DNA of 64,000 bases, from positions 236,964,001 to 237,028,000 of the forward strand of contig OZ024743.1 of assembly GCA_964016885.1 (NCBI GenBank), given 5' to 3'. The position numbers and the translations under genes were made by a program. Positions 25,301 to 40,300 of this stretch are shown here, piece by piece. A model generated the notes under the pieces. That model saw only the letters and a program-made list of their open reading frames with translations. It was not told the DNA's origin and ran no database searches. The stretch comes from Eledone cirrhosa. Lineage: Eukaryota. How positions within the stretch are numbered: the stretch's first letter is position 1; each line of letters begins with the position of its first letter.

Positions 25301-28300
25301 TGTCTTGTTATAGACAGCTACAGTATTGATTATTCTGTCTAAGTCTAAAGTCTGTCTTATTATGGACAGTAACAGTACTGTTTAGTCTGTCTAAGTCTAA
25401 AGTCTGTCTTATTATAGACAGCTACAGTATTGCCAATTCTGTCTAAGTGTAAAGTCTGTCCTGTTATAGACAGCTACAGTATTGATTAGTCTGTCTAAGT
25501 CTAAAGTCTGTCTTATTATAGACAGCTACAGTATTGACGATTCTGTCTATGTCTAAAGTCTGAGTTATTATAGACAGCTACAGTATTGATTAGTCTGTCT
25601 AAGTGTAAAGTCTGTCTTGTTATAGACAGCTACAATATTGATTAGTCTGTCTAAGTCTAAAGTCTGTCTTGTTATAGACAGCTACAGTATTGATTATTCT
25701 GTCTAAGTCTAAAGTCTGTCTTATTATGGACAGTAACAGTACTGATTAGTCTGTCTAAGTCTAAAGTCTGTCTTATTATAGACAGCTACAGTATTGACAA
25801 TTCTGTCTAAGTCTAAAGTGTGTCTTGTTATAGACAGCTACATTATTGATTACTCTGTCTAAGTCTAAAGTCTGTCTTATCATAGACAGCTACAGTATTG
25901 ACAATTCTGTCTCAGTCTAAATCTGTCTTGTTTTAGACAGCTACAGTATTGATTAGTCTGTCTAAGTCTAAAGTCTGTCTTGTTATAGACAGCTACAGTA
26001 TTGATTAGTCTGTCTAAGTCTAAAGTCTGTCTTATTATAGACAGCCACAGTATTTATTAGTCTGTCTAAGTCTAAAGTCTGTCTTATTATAGACAGCTGC
26101 AGTACTGATTACTCTGTCTAAGTCTAAAGTCTGTCTTGTTATAGACAACTACAGTATTGATTAGTCTGTCTAAGTCTAAAGTCTGTCTTGTTATAGACAA
26201 CTACAGTATTGATAAGTCTGTCTAAGTCTAAAATCTTTCTTATTATAGACAGCTACAGTATTGACAATTATGTCTAAGTCTAAAGTCTGTCTTGTTATAG
26301 ACAGCTACAGTATTGATTAGTCTGTCTAAGTCTAAAGTCTGTCTTATTATAGACAGCTACAGTACTGATTAGTCTGTCTAAGCCTAAAGTCTGTCTTGTT
26401 ATAAACAACTACAGTATTGATTAGTCTGTCTAAGTCTAAAATCTGTCTTATTATAGACAGCTACAGTATTGGCAATTCTGTCTAAGTCTAAAGTCTGTCT
26501 TTTTATAGACAGCTACAGTACTGATTAGTCTGTCTAAGTCTAAAGTCTGTCTTGTTATAGACAGCTACAGTACCGATTAGTCTGTCTAAGTCCAATGTCT
26601 GTCTTGTTATAGACAGCTACAATATTGATTAGTCTGTCTAAGTTTAAAGTTTTTCTTATTATAGACAGCTACAGTACTGATTAGTCTGTCTAAGTCTAAA
26701 TTCTATCTTATTATAGACAGCTACAGTATTGATTAGTCTGTTTAAGTCTAAAGACTGTCTTATTATAGACAGCTACAGTATTGACGATTCTGTCTAAGTC
26801 TAAAGTCTGTCTTGTTATAGACAGCTACAGTATTGATTAGTCTGTCTAAGTCTAAAGTCTGTCTTGTTATAGACAGCTACAGTATTGATTAGAATGTCTA
26901 AGTCTAAAGTCTGTCTTATTATAGAGAGCTACAGCATTGATTAGTCTGTCTAACTCTAAAGTCCGTCTTATTATAGACAGCTACAGTATTGACAATTCTG
27001 TCTAAGTCTATATTCTGTCTTTTTATAGACAGCTACAGTACTGATTAGTCTGTCTAAGTCTAAAATCTGTCTTATTATAGACAGCTACAGTATTGACAAT
27101 TCTGTCTACGTCTAAAGTCTGTCTTGTTATAGACAGCTACAGTACCGATTAGTCTGTCTAAGTCTAATGTCTGTCTTGTTATAGACAGCTACAGTATTGA
27201 TTATTCTGTCTAAGTTTAAAGTCTTTCTTAGTATAGACAGCTACAGTATTGACAATTCTCTCTGAGTCTAAAGTCTGTCTTATTATAGACAGCTACAGTG
27301 TTGATTAGTCTGTTTAAGTCTAAACTCTGTCTTATTATAGACAGCTACAGTACTGATCAGTTTGTCTAAGTCTAAAGTCTGTCTTGTTATAGACAGCTAC
27401 AGTATTGATTAGTCTTTCTAAGTCTAAAGTCTGTCTTATTATAGACAGCTACAGTATTTATTAGTCTGTCTAAGTCTAAAGTCTGTCTTATTATAGACAG
27501 CTACAGTACTGATTAGTCTGTCTAAGTCTAAAGTCTGTCTTATTATGGACAGTTACAGTACTGATTAGTCTGTCTAAGTCTAAAGTCTGTCTTATTATAG
27601 ACAGCTACAGTATTGCCAATTCTGTCTAAGTCTAAAGTCTGTCTTGTTATAGACAGCTACAGTATTGATTAGTCTGTGTAAGTCTAAAGTCTGTCTTATC
27701 ATAGACAGCTACAGTATTGACAATTCTGTCTCAGTCTAAAGTCTGTCTTGTTTTAGACAGCTACAGTATTGATTAGTGTGTCTAAGTCTAAAGTCTGTCT
27801 TGTAATAGACAGCTACAGTATTGATTAGTCTGTCTAAGTCTAAAGTCTGTCTTATTATAGACAGCTACAGTATTGATTAGTCTGTCTAAGTCTAAAGTCT
27901 GTCTTATTATAGACAGCTACAGTATTGACAATTCTGTCTAAGTCTAAAGTCTGTCTTGTTATAGACAGCTACAGTATTGATTAGTCTGTCTAAGTCTAAA
28001 GTCTGTCTTGTTATAGACAGCTACAGTATTGATTATTCTGTCTAAGTCTAAAGTCTGTCTTATTATGGACAGTAACAGTACTGATTAGTCTGTCTAAGTC
28101 TAAAGTCTGTCTTATTATAGACAGCTACAGTATTGCCAATTCTGTCTAAGTGTAAAGTCTGTCCTGTTATAGACAGCTACAGTATTGATTAGTCTGTCTA
28201 AGTCTAAAGTCTGTCTTATTATAGACAGCTACAGCATTGACAATTCTGTCTAAGTCTAAAGTGTGTCTTGTTATAGACAGCTACAGTATTGATTACTCTG

Positions 28301-31300
28301 TCTAAGTCTAAAGTCTGTCTTATCATAGACAGCTACAGTATTGACAATTCTGTCTCAGTCTAAAGTCTGTCTTGTTTTAGACAGCTACAGTATTGATTAG
28401 TCTGTCTAAATCTAAAGTCTGTCTTGTTATAGACAGCTACAATATTGATTAGTCTGTCTAAGTCTAAAGTCTGTCTTGTTATAGACAGCTACAGTATTGA
28501 TTAGTCTGTCTAAGTCTAAAGTCTGTCTTGTTATAGACAGCTACAGTATTGATTATTCTGTCTAAGTCTAAAGTCTGTCTTATTATGGACAGTAACAGTA
28601 CTGATTAGTGTGTCTAAGTCTAAAGTCTGTCTTATTATAGACAGCTACAGTATTGCCAATTCTGTCTAAGTGTAAAGTCTGTCCTGTTATAGACAGCTAC
28701 AGTATTGATTAGTCTGTCTAAGTCTAAAGTCTGTCTTATTATAGACAGCTACAGTATTGACGATTCTGTCTATGTCTAAAGTCTGAGTTATTATAGACAG
28801 CTACAGTATTGATTAGTCTGTCTAAGTGTAAAGTCTGTCTTGTTATAGACAGCTACAATATTGATTAGTCTGTCTAAGTCTAAAGTCTGTCTTGTTATAG
28901 ACAGCTACAGTATTGATTAGTCTGTCTAAGTCTAAAGTCTGTCTTGTTATAGACAGCTACAGTATTGATTATTCTGTCTAAGTCTAAAGTCTGTCTTATT
29001 ATGGACAGTAACAGTACTGATTAGTCTGTCTAAGTCTAAAGTCTGTCTTATTATAGACAGCTACAGTATTGCCAATTCTGTCTAAGTGTAACGTCTGTCC
29101 TGTTATAGACAGCTACAGTATTGATTAGTCTGTCTAAGTCTAGAGTCTGTCTTATTATAGACAGCTACAGTATTGACAATTCTGTCTAAGTCTAAAGTGT
29201 GTCTTGTTATAGACAGCTACATTATTGATTACTCTGTCTAAGTCTAAAGTCTGTCTTATCATAGACAGCTACAGTATTGACAATTCTGTCTCAGTCTAAA
29301 TCTGTCTTGTTTTAGACAGCTACAGTATTGATTAGTCTGTCTAAGTCTAAAGTCTGTCTTGTTATAGACAGCTACAGTATTGATTAGTCTGTCTAAGTCT
29401 AAAGTCTGTCTTATTATAGACAGCCACAGTATTTATTAGTCTGTCTAAGTCTAAAGTCTGTCTTATTATAGACAGCTGCAGTACTGATTACTCTGTCTAA
29501 GTCTAAAGTCTGTCTTGTTATAGACAACTACAGTATTGATTAGTCTGTCTAAGTCTAAAGTCTGTCTTGTTATAGACAACTACTGTATTGATTAGTCTGT
29601 CTAAGTCTAAAATCTTTCTTATTATAGACAGCTACAGTATTGACAATTATGTCTAAGTCTAAAGTCTGTCTTGTTATAGACAGCTACAGTATTGATTAGT
29701 CTGTCTAAGTCTAAAGTCTGTCTTATTATAGACAGCTACAGTACTGATTAGTCTGTCTAAGCCTAAAGTCTGTCTTGTTATAAACAACTACAGTATTGAT
29801 TAGTCTGTCTAAGTCTAAAATCTGTCTTATTATAGACAGCTACAGTATTGGCAATTCTGTCTAAGTCTAAAGTATGTCTTTTTATAGACAGCTACAGTAC
29901 TGATTAGTCTGTCTAAGTCTAAAGTCTGTCTTGTTATAGACAGCTACAGTACCGATTAGTCTGTCTAAGTCCAATGTCTGTCTTGTTATAGACAGCTACA
30001 ATATTGATTAGTCTGTCTAAGTTTAAAGTTTTTCTTATTATAGACAGCTACAGTACTGATTAGTCTGTCTAAGTCTAAATTCTATCTTATTATAGACAGC
30101 TACAGTATTGATTAGTCTGTTTAAGTCTAAAGACTGTCTTATTATAGACAGCTACAGTATTGACGATTCTGTCTAAGTCTAAAGTCTGTCTTGTTATAGA
30201 CAGCTACAGTATTGATTAGTCTGTCTAAGTCTAAAGTCTGTCTTGTTATAGACAGCTACAGTATTGATTAGAATGTCTAAGTCTAAAGTCTGTCTTATTA
30301 TAGAGAGCTACAGCATTGATTAGTCTGTCTAACTCTAAAGTCCGTCTTATTATAGACAGCTACAGTATTGACAATTCTGTCTAAGTCTATATTCTGTCTT
30401 TTTATAGACAGCTACAGTACTGATTAGTCTGTCTAAGTCTAAAATCTGTCTTATTATAGACAGCTACAGTATTGACAATTCTGTCTACGTCTAAAGTCTG
30501 TCTTGTTATAGACAGCTACAGTACCGATTAGTCTGTCTAAGTCTAATGTCTGTCTTGTTATAGACAGCTACAGTATTGATTATTCTGTCTAAGTTTAAAG
30601 TCTTTCTTAGTATAGACAGCTACAGTATTGACAATTCTCTCTGAGTCTAAAGTCTGTCTTATTATAGACAGCTACAGTGTTGATTAGTCTGTTTAAGTCT
30701 AAACTCTGTCTTATTATAGACAGCTACAGTACTGATCAGTTTGTCTAAGTCTAAAGTCTGTCTTGTTATAGACAGCTACAGTATTGATTAGTCTTTCTAA
30801 GTCTAAAGTCTGTCTTATTATAGACAGCTACAGTATTTATTAGTCTGTCTAAGTCTAAAGTCTGTCTTATTATAGACAGCTACAGTACTGATTAGTCTGT
30901 CTAAGTCTAAAGTCTGTCTTATTATGGACAGTTACAGTACTGATTAGTCTGTCTAAGTCTAAAGTCTGTCTTATTATAGACAGCTACAGTATTGCCAATT
31001 CTGTCTAAGTCTAAAGTCTGTCTTGTTATAGACAGCTACAGTATTGATTAGTCTGTGTAAGTCTAAAGTCTGTCTTATCATAGACAGCTACAGTATTGAC
31101 AATTCTGTCTCAGTCTAAAGTCTGTCTTGTTTTAGACAGCTACAGTATTGATTAGTGTGTCTAAGTCTAAAGTCTGTCTTGTAATAGACAGCTACAGTAT
31201 TGATTAGTCTGTCTAAGTCTAAAGTCTGTCTTATTATAGACAGCTACAGTATTGATTAGTCTGTCTAAGTCTAAAGTCTGTCTTATTATAGACAGCTACA

Positions 31301-34300
31301 GTATTGACAATTCTGTCTAAGTCTAAAGTCTGTCTTGTTATAGACAGCTACAGTATTGATTAGTCTGTCTAAGTCTAAAGTCTGTCTTGTTATAGACAGC
31401 TACAGTATTGATTATTCTGTCTAAGTCTAAAGTCTGTCTTATTATGGACAGTAACAGTACTGATTAGTCTGTCTAAGTCTAAAGTCTGTCTTATTATAGA
31501 CAGCTACAGTATTGCCAATTCTGTCTAAGTGTAAAGTCTGTCCTGTTATAGACAGCTACAGTATTGATTAGTCTGTCTAAGTCTAAAGTCTGTCTTATTA
31601 TAGACAGCTACAGCATTGACAATTCTGTCTAAGTCTAAAGTGTGTCTTGTTATAGACAGCTACAGTATTGATTACTCTGTCTAAGTCTAAAGTCTGTCTT
31701 ATCATAGACAGCTACAGTATTGACAATTCTGTCTCAGTCTAAAGTCTGTCTTGTTTTAGACAGCTACAGTATTGATTAGTCTGTCTAAATCTAAAGTCTG
31801 TCTTGTTATAGACAGCTACAATATTGATTAGTCTGTCTAAGTCTAAAGTCTGTCTTGTTATAGACAGCTACAGTATTGATTAGTCTGTCTAAGTCTAAAG
31901 TCTGTCTTGTTATAGACAGCTACAGTATTGATTATTCTGTCTAAGTCTAAAGTCTGACTTATTATGGACAGTAACAGTACTGATTAGTGTGTCTAAGTCT
32001 AAAGTCTGTCTTATTATAGACAGCTACAGTATTGCCAATTCTGTCTAAGTGTAAAGTCTGTCCTGTTATAGACAGCTACAGTATTGATTAGTCTGTCTAA
32101 GTCTAAAGTCTGTCTTATTATAGACAGCTACAGTATTGACGATTCTGTCTATGTCTAAAGTCTGAGTTATTATAGACAGCTACAGTATTGATTAGTCTGT
32201 CTAAGTGTAAAGTCTGTCTTGTTATAGACAGCTACAATATTGATTAGTCTGTCTAAGTCTAAAGTCTGTCTTGTTATAGACAGCTACAGTATTGATTAGT
32301 CTGTCTAAGTCTAAAGTCTGTCTTGTTATAGACAGCTACAGTATTGATTATTCTGTCTAAGTCTAAAGTCTGTCTTATTATGGACAGTAACAGTACTGAT
32401 TAGTCTGTCTAAGTCTAAAGTCTGTCTTATTATAGACAGCTACAGTATTGCCAATTCTGTCTAAGTGTAAAGTCTGTCCTGTTATAGACAGCTACAGTAT
32501 TGATTAGTCTGTCTAAGTCTAAAGTCTGTCTTATTATAGACAGCTACAGTATTGACAATTCTGTCTAAGTCAAAAGTGTGTCTTGTTATAGACAGCTACA
32601 TTATTGATTACTCTGTCTAAGTCTAAAGTCTGTCTTATCATAGACAGCTACAGTATTGACAATTCTGTCTCAGTCTAAAGTCTGTCTTGTTTTAGACAGC
32701 TACAGTATTGATTAGTCTGTCTAAGTCTAAAGTCTGTCTTGTTATAGACAGCTACAGTATTGATTAGTCTGTCTAAGTCTAAAGTCTGTCTTATTATAGA
32801 CAGCCACAGTATTGATTAGTCTGTCTAAGTTTAAAGTCTGTCTTATTATAGACAGCTGCAGTACTGATTACTCTGTCTAAGTCTAAAGTCTGTCTTGTTA
32901 TAGACAACTACAGTATTGATTAGTCTGTCTAAGTCTAAAGTCTGTCTTGTTATAGACAACTACAGTATTGATTAGTCTGTCTAAGTCTAAAATCTTTCTT
33001 ATTATAGACAGCTACAGTATTGACAATTTTGTCTAAGTCTAAAGTCTGTCTTGTTATAGACAGCTACAGTATTGATTAGTCTGTCTAAGTCTAAAGTCTG
33101 TCTTATTATAGACAGCTACAGTACTGAATAGTCTGTCTAAGTCTAAAGTCTGTCTTGTTATAGACAACTACAGTATTGATTAGTCTGTCTAAGTCTAAAG
33201 TCTGTCTTATTATAGACAGCTACAGTATTGGCAATTCTGTCTAAGTCTAAAGTCTGTCTTTTTATAGACAGCTACAGTACTGATTAGTCTGTCTAAGTCT
33301 AAACTCTCTCTTGTTATAGACAACTACAGTATTGATTAGTCTGTCTAAGTCTAAAATCTGTCTTATTATAGACAGCTACGGTATTGACAATTCTTTCTAC
33401 GTCTAAACTCTGTCTTGTTATAGACAGCTACAGTACCGATTAGTCTGTCTAAGTCTAATGTCTGTCTTGTTATAGACAGCTACAGTATTGATTAGTCTGT
33501 CTAAGTTGAAAGTCTTTCTTAGTATAGACAGCTACAGTACTGATTAGTCTGTCTAGTCTAAAGTATGTCTTCTTATAGACAACTACAGTATTGTTTAGTT
33601 TGTCTAAGTCTAAAATCTGTCTTATTATAGACAGCTACAGTATTGACAATTGTGTCTACGTCTAAATTCTGTCTTGTTATAGAGAGCTACAGGACCGATT
33701 AGTCTGTCTAAGTCTAAAGTCTTTCTTATTATAGACAGCTACAGTATTGACAATTCTCTCTAAGTCTAAAGTCTGTCTTGTTATAGACAGCTACAGTATT
33801 GATTACTCTGTCTAAGACTAAAGTCTGTCTTATCATAGACAGCTACTGTATTGACAATTCTGTCTCAGTCTAAAGTCTGTCTTGTTTTAGACAGCTACAG
33901 TATTGATTAGTCTGTCTAACTCTAAAGTCTGTCTTGTTATAGACAGCTACAGTATTGATTAGTATGTCTAAGTCTAAAGTCTGTCTTATTATAGACAGCT
34001 ACAGTATTGATTAGTCTGTCTAAGTCTAAAGTTTGTCTTATTATAGACAGCTACAGTACTGATTAGTCTGTCTAAGTCTAAAGTCTGTCTTATTATAGAC
34101 AGCTACAGTATTGACGATTCTGTCTAAGTCTAAAGTCTGTCTTGTTATAGACAGCTACAGTATTGACAATTCTGTCTAAGTCTAAAGTCTGTCTTGTTAT
34201 AAACAGCTAAAGTATTGATTAGTCTGTCTAAGTCTAAAGTCTGTCTTATAATAGACAGCTACAGTATTGACAATTATGTCTAAGTCTAAAGTCTGTCTTG

Positions 34301-37300
34301 TTATAGACAGCTACAGTATTGATTAGTCTGTCTAAGTCTAAAGTCTGTCTTGTTATAGACAACTACAGTATTGATTAGTCTGTCTAAGTCTAAAATCTGT
34401 CTTATTATAGACAGCTACAGTATTGACAATTCTGTCTAAGTCTAAAGTCTGTATTTTTATAGACAGCTACAGTACTGATTAGTCTGTCTAAGTGTAAAGT
34501 CTGTCTTGTTATAGACAGCTACAATATTGATTACTCTGTCTAAGTCTAAACTCTGTCTTGTTATAGACAGTTACATTATTGATTAGTCTGTCTAAGTCTA
34601 AAGTCTGTCTTATTAAAGACAGCTACAGTATTGACAATTCTGACTAAGTCTAAAGTCTGTCTTGTTATAGACAGCTACAGTATTGATTAGTCTGTCTAAG
34701 TCTAAAGTCTGTCTTGTTATAAACAGCTACAGTATTGATTAGTCTGTCTAAGTCTAAAGTCTGTCTTATTATAGACAGCTACAGTATTGCCAATTCTGTC
34801 TAAGTGTAAAGTCTGTCTTGTTATAGACAGTTACAGTATTGATTAGTCTGTCTAAGTCTAAAGTCTGTCTTATTATAGACAGCTACAGTATTGACAATTC
34901 TGTCTAAGTCTAAAGTCTGTCTTGTTATAGACAGCTACAGTATTGATTACTCTGTCTAAGTCTAAAGTCTGTCTTATCATAGACAGCTACAGTATTGACA
35001 ATTCTGTCTCAGTCTAAAGTCTGTCTTGTTATAGACAGCTACAGTATTGATTTGTCTGTCTAAGTCTAAAGTCTGTCTTATTATAGATAGCTACAGTACT
35101 GATTAGTCTGTCTAAGTCTAAAGTCTGTCTTATCATAGACAGCTACAGTATTGATTAGTCTGTCTAAGTCTAAAGTCTGTCTTATTATAGACAGCTACAG
35201 TATTGATTAGTCTGTCTAAGTCTAAAGTCTGTCTTATTATAGATAGCTACAGTACTGATTAGTCTGTCTAAGTCTAAAGTCTGTCTTATTATAGACAGCT
35301 ACAGTATTGACAATTCTGTCTAAGTCTAAAGCCTGTCTTGTTATAAACAGCTACAGTATTGATTAGTCTGTCTAAGTCTAAAGTTTGTCTTATTATAGAC
35401 AGCTACAGTATTGACAATTATGTCTAAGTCTAAAGTCTGTCTTGTTATAGACAGCTACAGTATTGATTAGTCTGTCTAAGTCTAAAGTCTGTCTTATTAT
35501 AGACAGCTACATTACTGATTAGTCTGTCTAAGTCTAAAGTCTGTCTTATTATAGATAGCTACAGTACTGATTAGTCTGTCTAAGTCTAAAGTCTGTCTTA
35601 TTATAGACAGCTACAGTATTGACAATTCTGTCTAAGTCTAAAGTCTGTCTTGTTATAAACAACTACAGTATTGATTAGTCTGTCTAAGTCTAAAATCTGT
35701 CTTATTATAGACAGCTACAGTATTGGCAATTCTGTCTAAGTCTAAAGTCTGTCTTTTTATAGACAGCTACAATACTGATTAGTCTGTCTAAGTCTAAAGT
35801 CTGTCTTGTTATAGACAGCTACAGTACCGATTAGTCTGTCTAAGTCTAATGTCTGTCTTGTTATAGACAGCTACAATATTGATTAGTCTGTCTAAGTTTA
35901 AAGTTTTTCTTATTATAGACAGCTACAGTACTGATTAGTCTGTCTAAGTCTAAATTCTATCTTATTATAGACAGCTACAGTATTGATTAGTCTGTTTAAG
36001 TCTAAAGACTGTCTTATTATAGACAGCTACAGTATTGATTAGTCTGTCTAAGTCTTAAGTCTGTCTTGTTATAGACAGCTACAGTATTGATTAGTCTGTC
36101 TAAGTCTTAAGTCTGTCTTGTTATAGACAGCTACAGTATTGATTAGAATGTCTAAGTCTAAAGTCTGTCTTATTATAGAGAGCTACAGCATTGATTAGTC
36201 TGTCTAATTCTAAAGTCCGTCTTATTATAGACAGCTACAGTATTGACAATTCTGTCTAAGTCTAAAGTCTGTCTTTTTATAGACAGCTACAGTACTGATT
36301 AGTCTGTCTAAGTCTAAAATCTGTCTTATTATAGACAGCTACAGTATTGACAATTCTGTCTACGTCTAAAGTCTGTCTTGTTATAGACAGCTACAGTACC
36401 GATTAGTCTGTCTAAGTCTAATGTCTGTCTTGTTATAGACAGCTACAGTATTGATTATTCTGTCTAAGTTTAAAGTCTTTCTTAGTATAGACAGCTACAG
36501 TATTGACAATTCTCTCTGAGTCTAAAGTCTGTCTTATTATAGACAGCTACAGTATTGATTAGTCTGTTTAAGTCTAAACTCTGTCTTATTATAGACAGCT
36601 ACAGTAATAATCAGTTTGTCTAAGTCTAAAGTCTGTCTTGTTATAGACAGTTACAGCATTGATTAGTCTTTCTAAGTCTAAAGTCTGTCTTATTATAGAC
36701 AGCTACAGTATTGATTAGTCTGTCTAAGTCTAAAGTCTGTCTTATTATAGACAGCTACAGTATTGATTAGTCTGTCTAAGTCTAAAGTATGTCTTGTTAT
36801 AGACAGCTACAGTATTGATTAGTCTGTCTAAGTCTAAAGTCTGTCTTATTATAGACAGCTACAGTATTTATTAGTCTGTCTAAGTCTAAAGCCTGTCTTA
36901 TTATAGACAGCTACAGTACTGATTAGTCTGTCTAAGTCTAAAGTCTGTCTTATTATGGACAGTTACAGTACTGATTAGTCTGTCTAAGTCTAAAGTCTGT
37001 CTTATCATAGCCAGCTACAGTATTGACAATTCTGTCTCAGTCTAAAGTCTGTCTTGTTTTAGACAGCTACAGTATTGATTAGTGTGTCTAAGTCTAAAGT
37101 CTGTCTTGTAATAGACAGCTACAGTATTGATTAGTCTGTCTAAGTCTAAAGTCTGTCTTATTATAGACAGCTACAGTATTGATTAGTCTGTCTAAGTCTA
37201 AAGTCTGTCTTATTATAGACAGCTACAGTATTGACAATTCTGTCTAAGTCTAAAGTCTGTCTTATTATAGACAGCTACAGTATTGATTAGTCTGTCTAAG

Positions 37301-40300
37301 TCTAAAGTCTGTCTTGTTATAGACAGCTACAGTATTGATTATTCTGTCTAAGTCTAAAGTCTGTCTTATTATGGACAGTAACAGTACTGATTAGTCTGTC
37401 TAAGTCTAAAGTCTGTCTTGTTATAGACAGCTACAATATTGATTAGTCTGTCTAAGTCTAAAGTCTGTCTTGTTATAGACAGCTACAGTATTGATTAGTC
37501 TGTCTAAGTCTAAAGTCTGTCTTGTTATAGACAGCTACAGTATTGATTATTCTGTCTAAGTCTAAAGTCTGTCTTATTATGGACAGTAACAGTACTGTTT
37601 AGTCTGTCTAAGTCTAAAGTCTGTCTTATTATAGACAGCTACAGTATTGCCAATTCTGTCTAAGTGTAAAGTCTGTCCTGTTATAGACAGCTACAGTATT
37701 GATTAGTCTGTCTAATTCTAAAGTCTGTCTTATTATAGACAGCTACAGTATTGACGATTCTGTCTATGTCTAAAGTCTGAGTTATTATAGACAGCTACAG
37801 TATTGATTAGTCTGTCTAAGTGTAAAGTCTGTCTTGTTATAGACAGCTACAATATTGATTAGTCTGTCTAAGTCTAAAGTCTGTCTTGTTATAGACAGCT
37901 ACAGTATTGATTAGTCTGTCTAAGTCTAAAGTCTGTCTTGTTATAGACAGCTACAGTATTGATTATTCTGTCTAAGTCTAAAGTGTGTCTTGTTATAGAC
38001 AGCTACATTATTGATTACTCTGTCTAAGTCTAAAGTCTGTCTTATCATAGACAGCTACAGTATTGACAATTCTGTCTCAGTCTAAAGTCTGTCTTGTTTT
38101 AGATAGCTACAGTATTGATTAGTCTGTCTAAGTCTAAAGTCTGTCTTATTATGGACAGTAACAGTACTGATTAGTCTGTCTAAGTCTAAAGTCTGTCTTA
38201 TTATAGACAGCTACAGTATTGCCATTTCTGTCTAAGTGTAAAGTCTGTCCTGTTATAGACAGCTACAGTAATGATTAGTCTGTCTAAGTCTAAAGTCTGT
38301 CTTATTATAGACAGCTACAGTATTGACAATTCTGTCTAAGTCTAACGTGTGTCTTGTTATAGACAGCTACATTATTGATTACTCTGTCTAAGTCTAAAGT
38401 CTGTCTTATCATAGACAGCTACAGTATTGACAATTCTGTCTCAGTCTAAAGTCTGTCTTGTTTTAGACAGCTACAGTATTGATTAGTCTGTCTAAGTCTA
38501 AAGTCTGTCTTGTTATAGACAGCTACAGTATTGATTAGTCTGTCTAAGTCTAAAGTCTGTCTTATTATAGACAGCCACAGTATTTATTTATTAGTCTGTC
38601 TAAGTCTAAAGTCTGTCTTATTATAGACAGCTGCAGTACTGATTACTCTGTCTAAGTCTAAAGTCTGTCTTGTTATAGACAACTACAGTATTGATTAGTC
38701 TGTCTAAGTCTAAAGTCTGTCTTGTTATAGACAACTACAGTATTGATTAGTCTGTCTAAGTCTAAAATCTTTCTTATTATAGACAGCTACAGTATTGACA
38801 ATTATGTCTAAGTCTAAAGTCTGTCTTGTTATAGACAGCTACAGTATTGATTAGTCTGTCTAAGTCTAAAGTCTGTCTTATTATAGACAGCTACAGTACT
38901 GATTAGTCTGTCTAAGCCTAAAGTCTGTCTTGTTATAAACAACTACAGTATTGATTAGTCTGTCTAAGTCTAAAATCTGTCTTATTATAGACAGCTACAG
39001 TATTGGCAATTCTGTCTAAGTCTAAAGTCTGTCTTTTTATAGACAGCTACAGTACTGATTAGTCTGTCTAAGTCTAAAGTCTGTCTTGTTATAGACAGCT
39101 ACAGTACCGATTAGTCTGTCTAAGTCTAATGTCTGTCTTGTTATAGACAGCTACAATATTGATTAGTCTGTCTAAGTTTAAAGTTTTTCTTATTATAGAC
39201 AGCTACAGTACTGATTAGTCTGTCTAAGTCTAAATTCTATCTTATTATAGACAGCTACAGTATTGATTAGTCTGTTTAAGTCTAAAGACTGTCTTATTAT
39301 AGACAGCTACAGTATTGACGATTCTGTCTAAGTCTAAAGTCTGTCTTGTTATAGACAGCTACAGTATTGATTAGTCTGTCTAAGTCTAAAGTCTGTCTTG
39401 TTATAGACAGCTACAGTATTGATTAGTCTGTCTAAGTCTTAAGTCTGTCTTGTTATAGACAGCTACAGTATTGATTAGAATGTCTAAGTCTAAAGTCTGT
39501 CTTATTATAGAGAGCTACAGCATTGATTAGTCTGTCTAATTCTAAAGTCCGTCTTATTATAGACAGCTACAGTATTGACAATTCTGTCTAAGTCTAAAGT
39601 CTGTCTTTTTATAGACAGCTACAGTACTGATTAGTCTGTCTAAGTCTAAAATCTGTCTTATTATAGACAGCTACAGTATTGACAATTCTGTCTACGTCTA
39701 AAGTCTGTCTTGTTATAGACAGCTACAGTACCGATTAGTCTGTCTAAGTCTAATGTCTGTCTTGTTATAGACAGCTACAGTATTGATTATTCTGTCTAAG
39801 TTTAAAGTCTTTCTTAGTATAGACAGCTACAGTATTGACAATTCTCTCTGAGTCTAAAGTCTGTCTTATTATAGACAGCTACAGTATTGATTAGTCTGTT
39901 TAAGTCTAAACTCTGTCTTATTATAGACAGCTACAGTACTGATCAGTTTGTCTAAGTCTAAAGTCTGTCTTGTTATAGACAGCTACAGCATTGATTAGTC
40001 TTTCTAAGTCTAAAGTCTGTCTTATTATAGACAGCTACAGTATTGATTAGTCTGTCTAAGTCTAAAGTCTGTCTTATTATAGACAGCTACAGTATTGATT
40101 AGTCTGTCTAAGTCTAAAGTATGTCTTGTTATAGACAGCTACAGTATTGATTAGTCTGTCTAAGTCTAAAGTCTGTCTTATTATAGACAGCTACAGTATT
40201 TATTAGTCTGTCTAAGTCTAAAGTCTGTCTTATTATAGACAGCTACAGTACTGATTAGTCTGTCTAAGTCTAAAGTCTGTCTTATTATGGACAGTTACAG

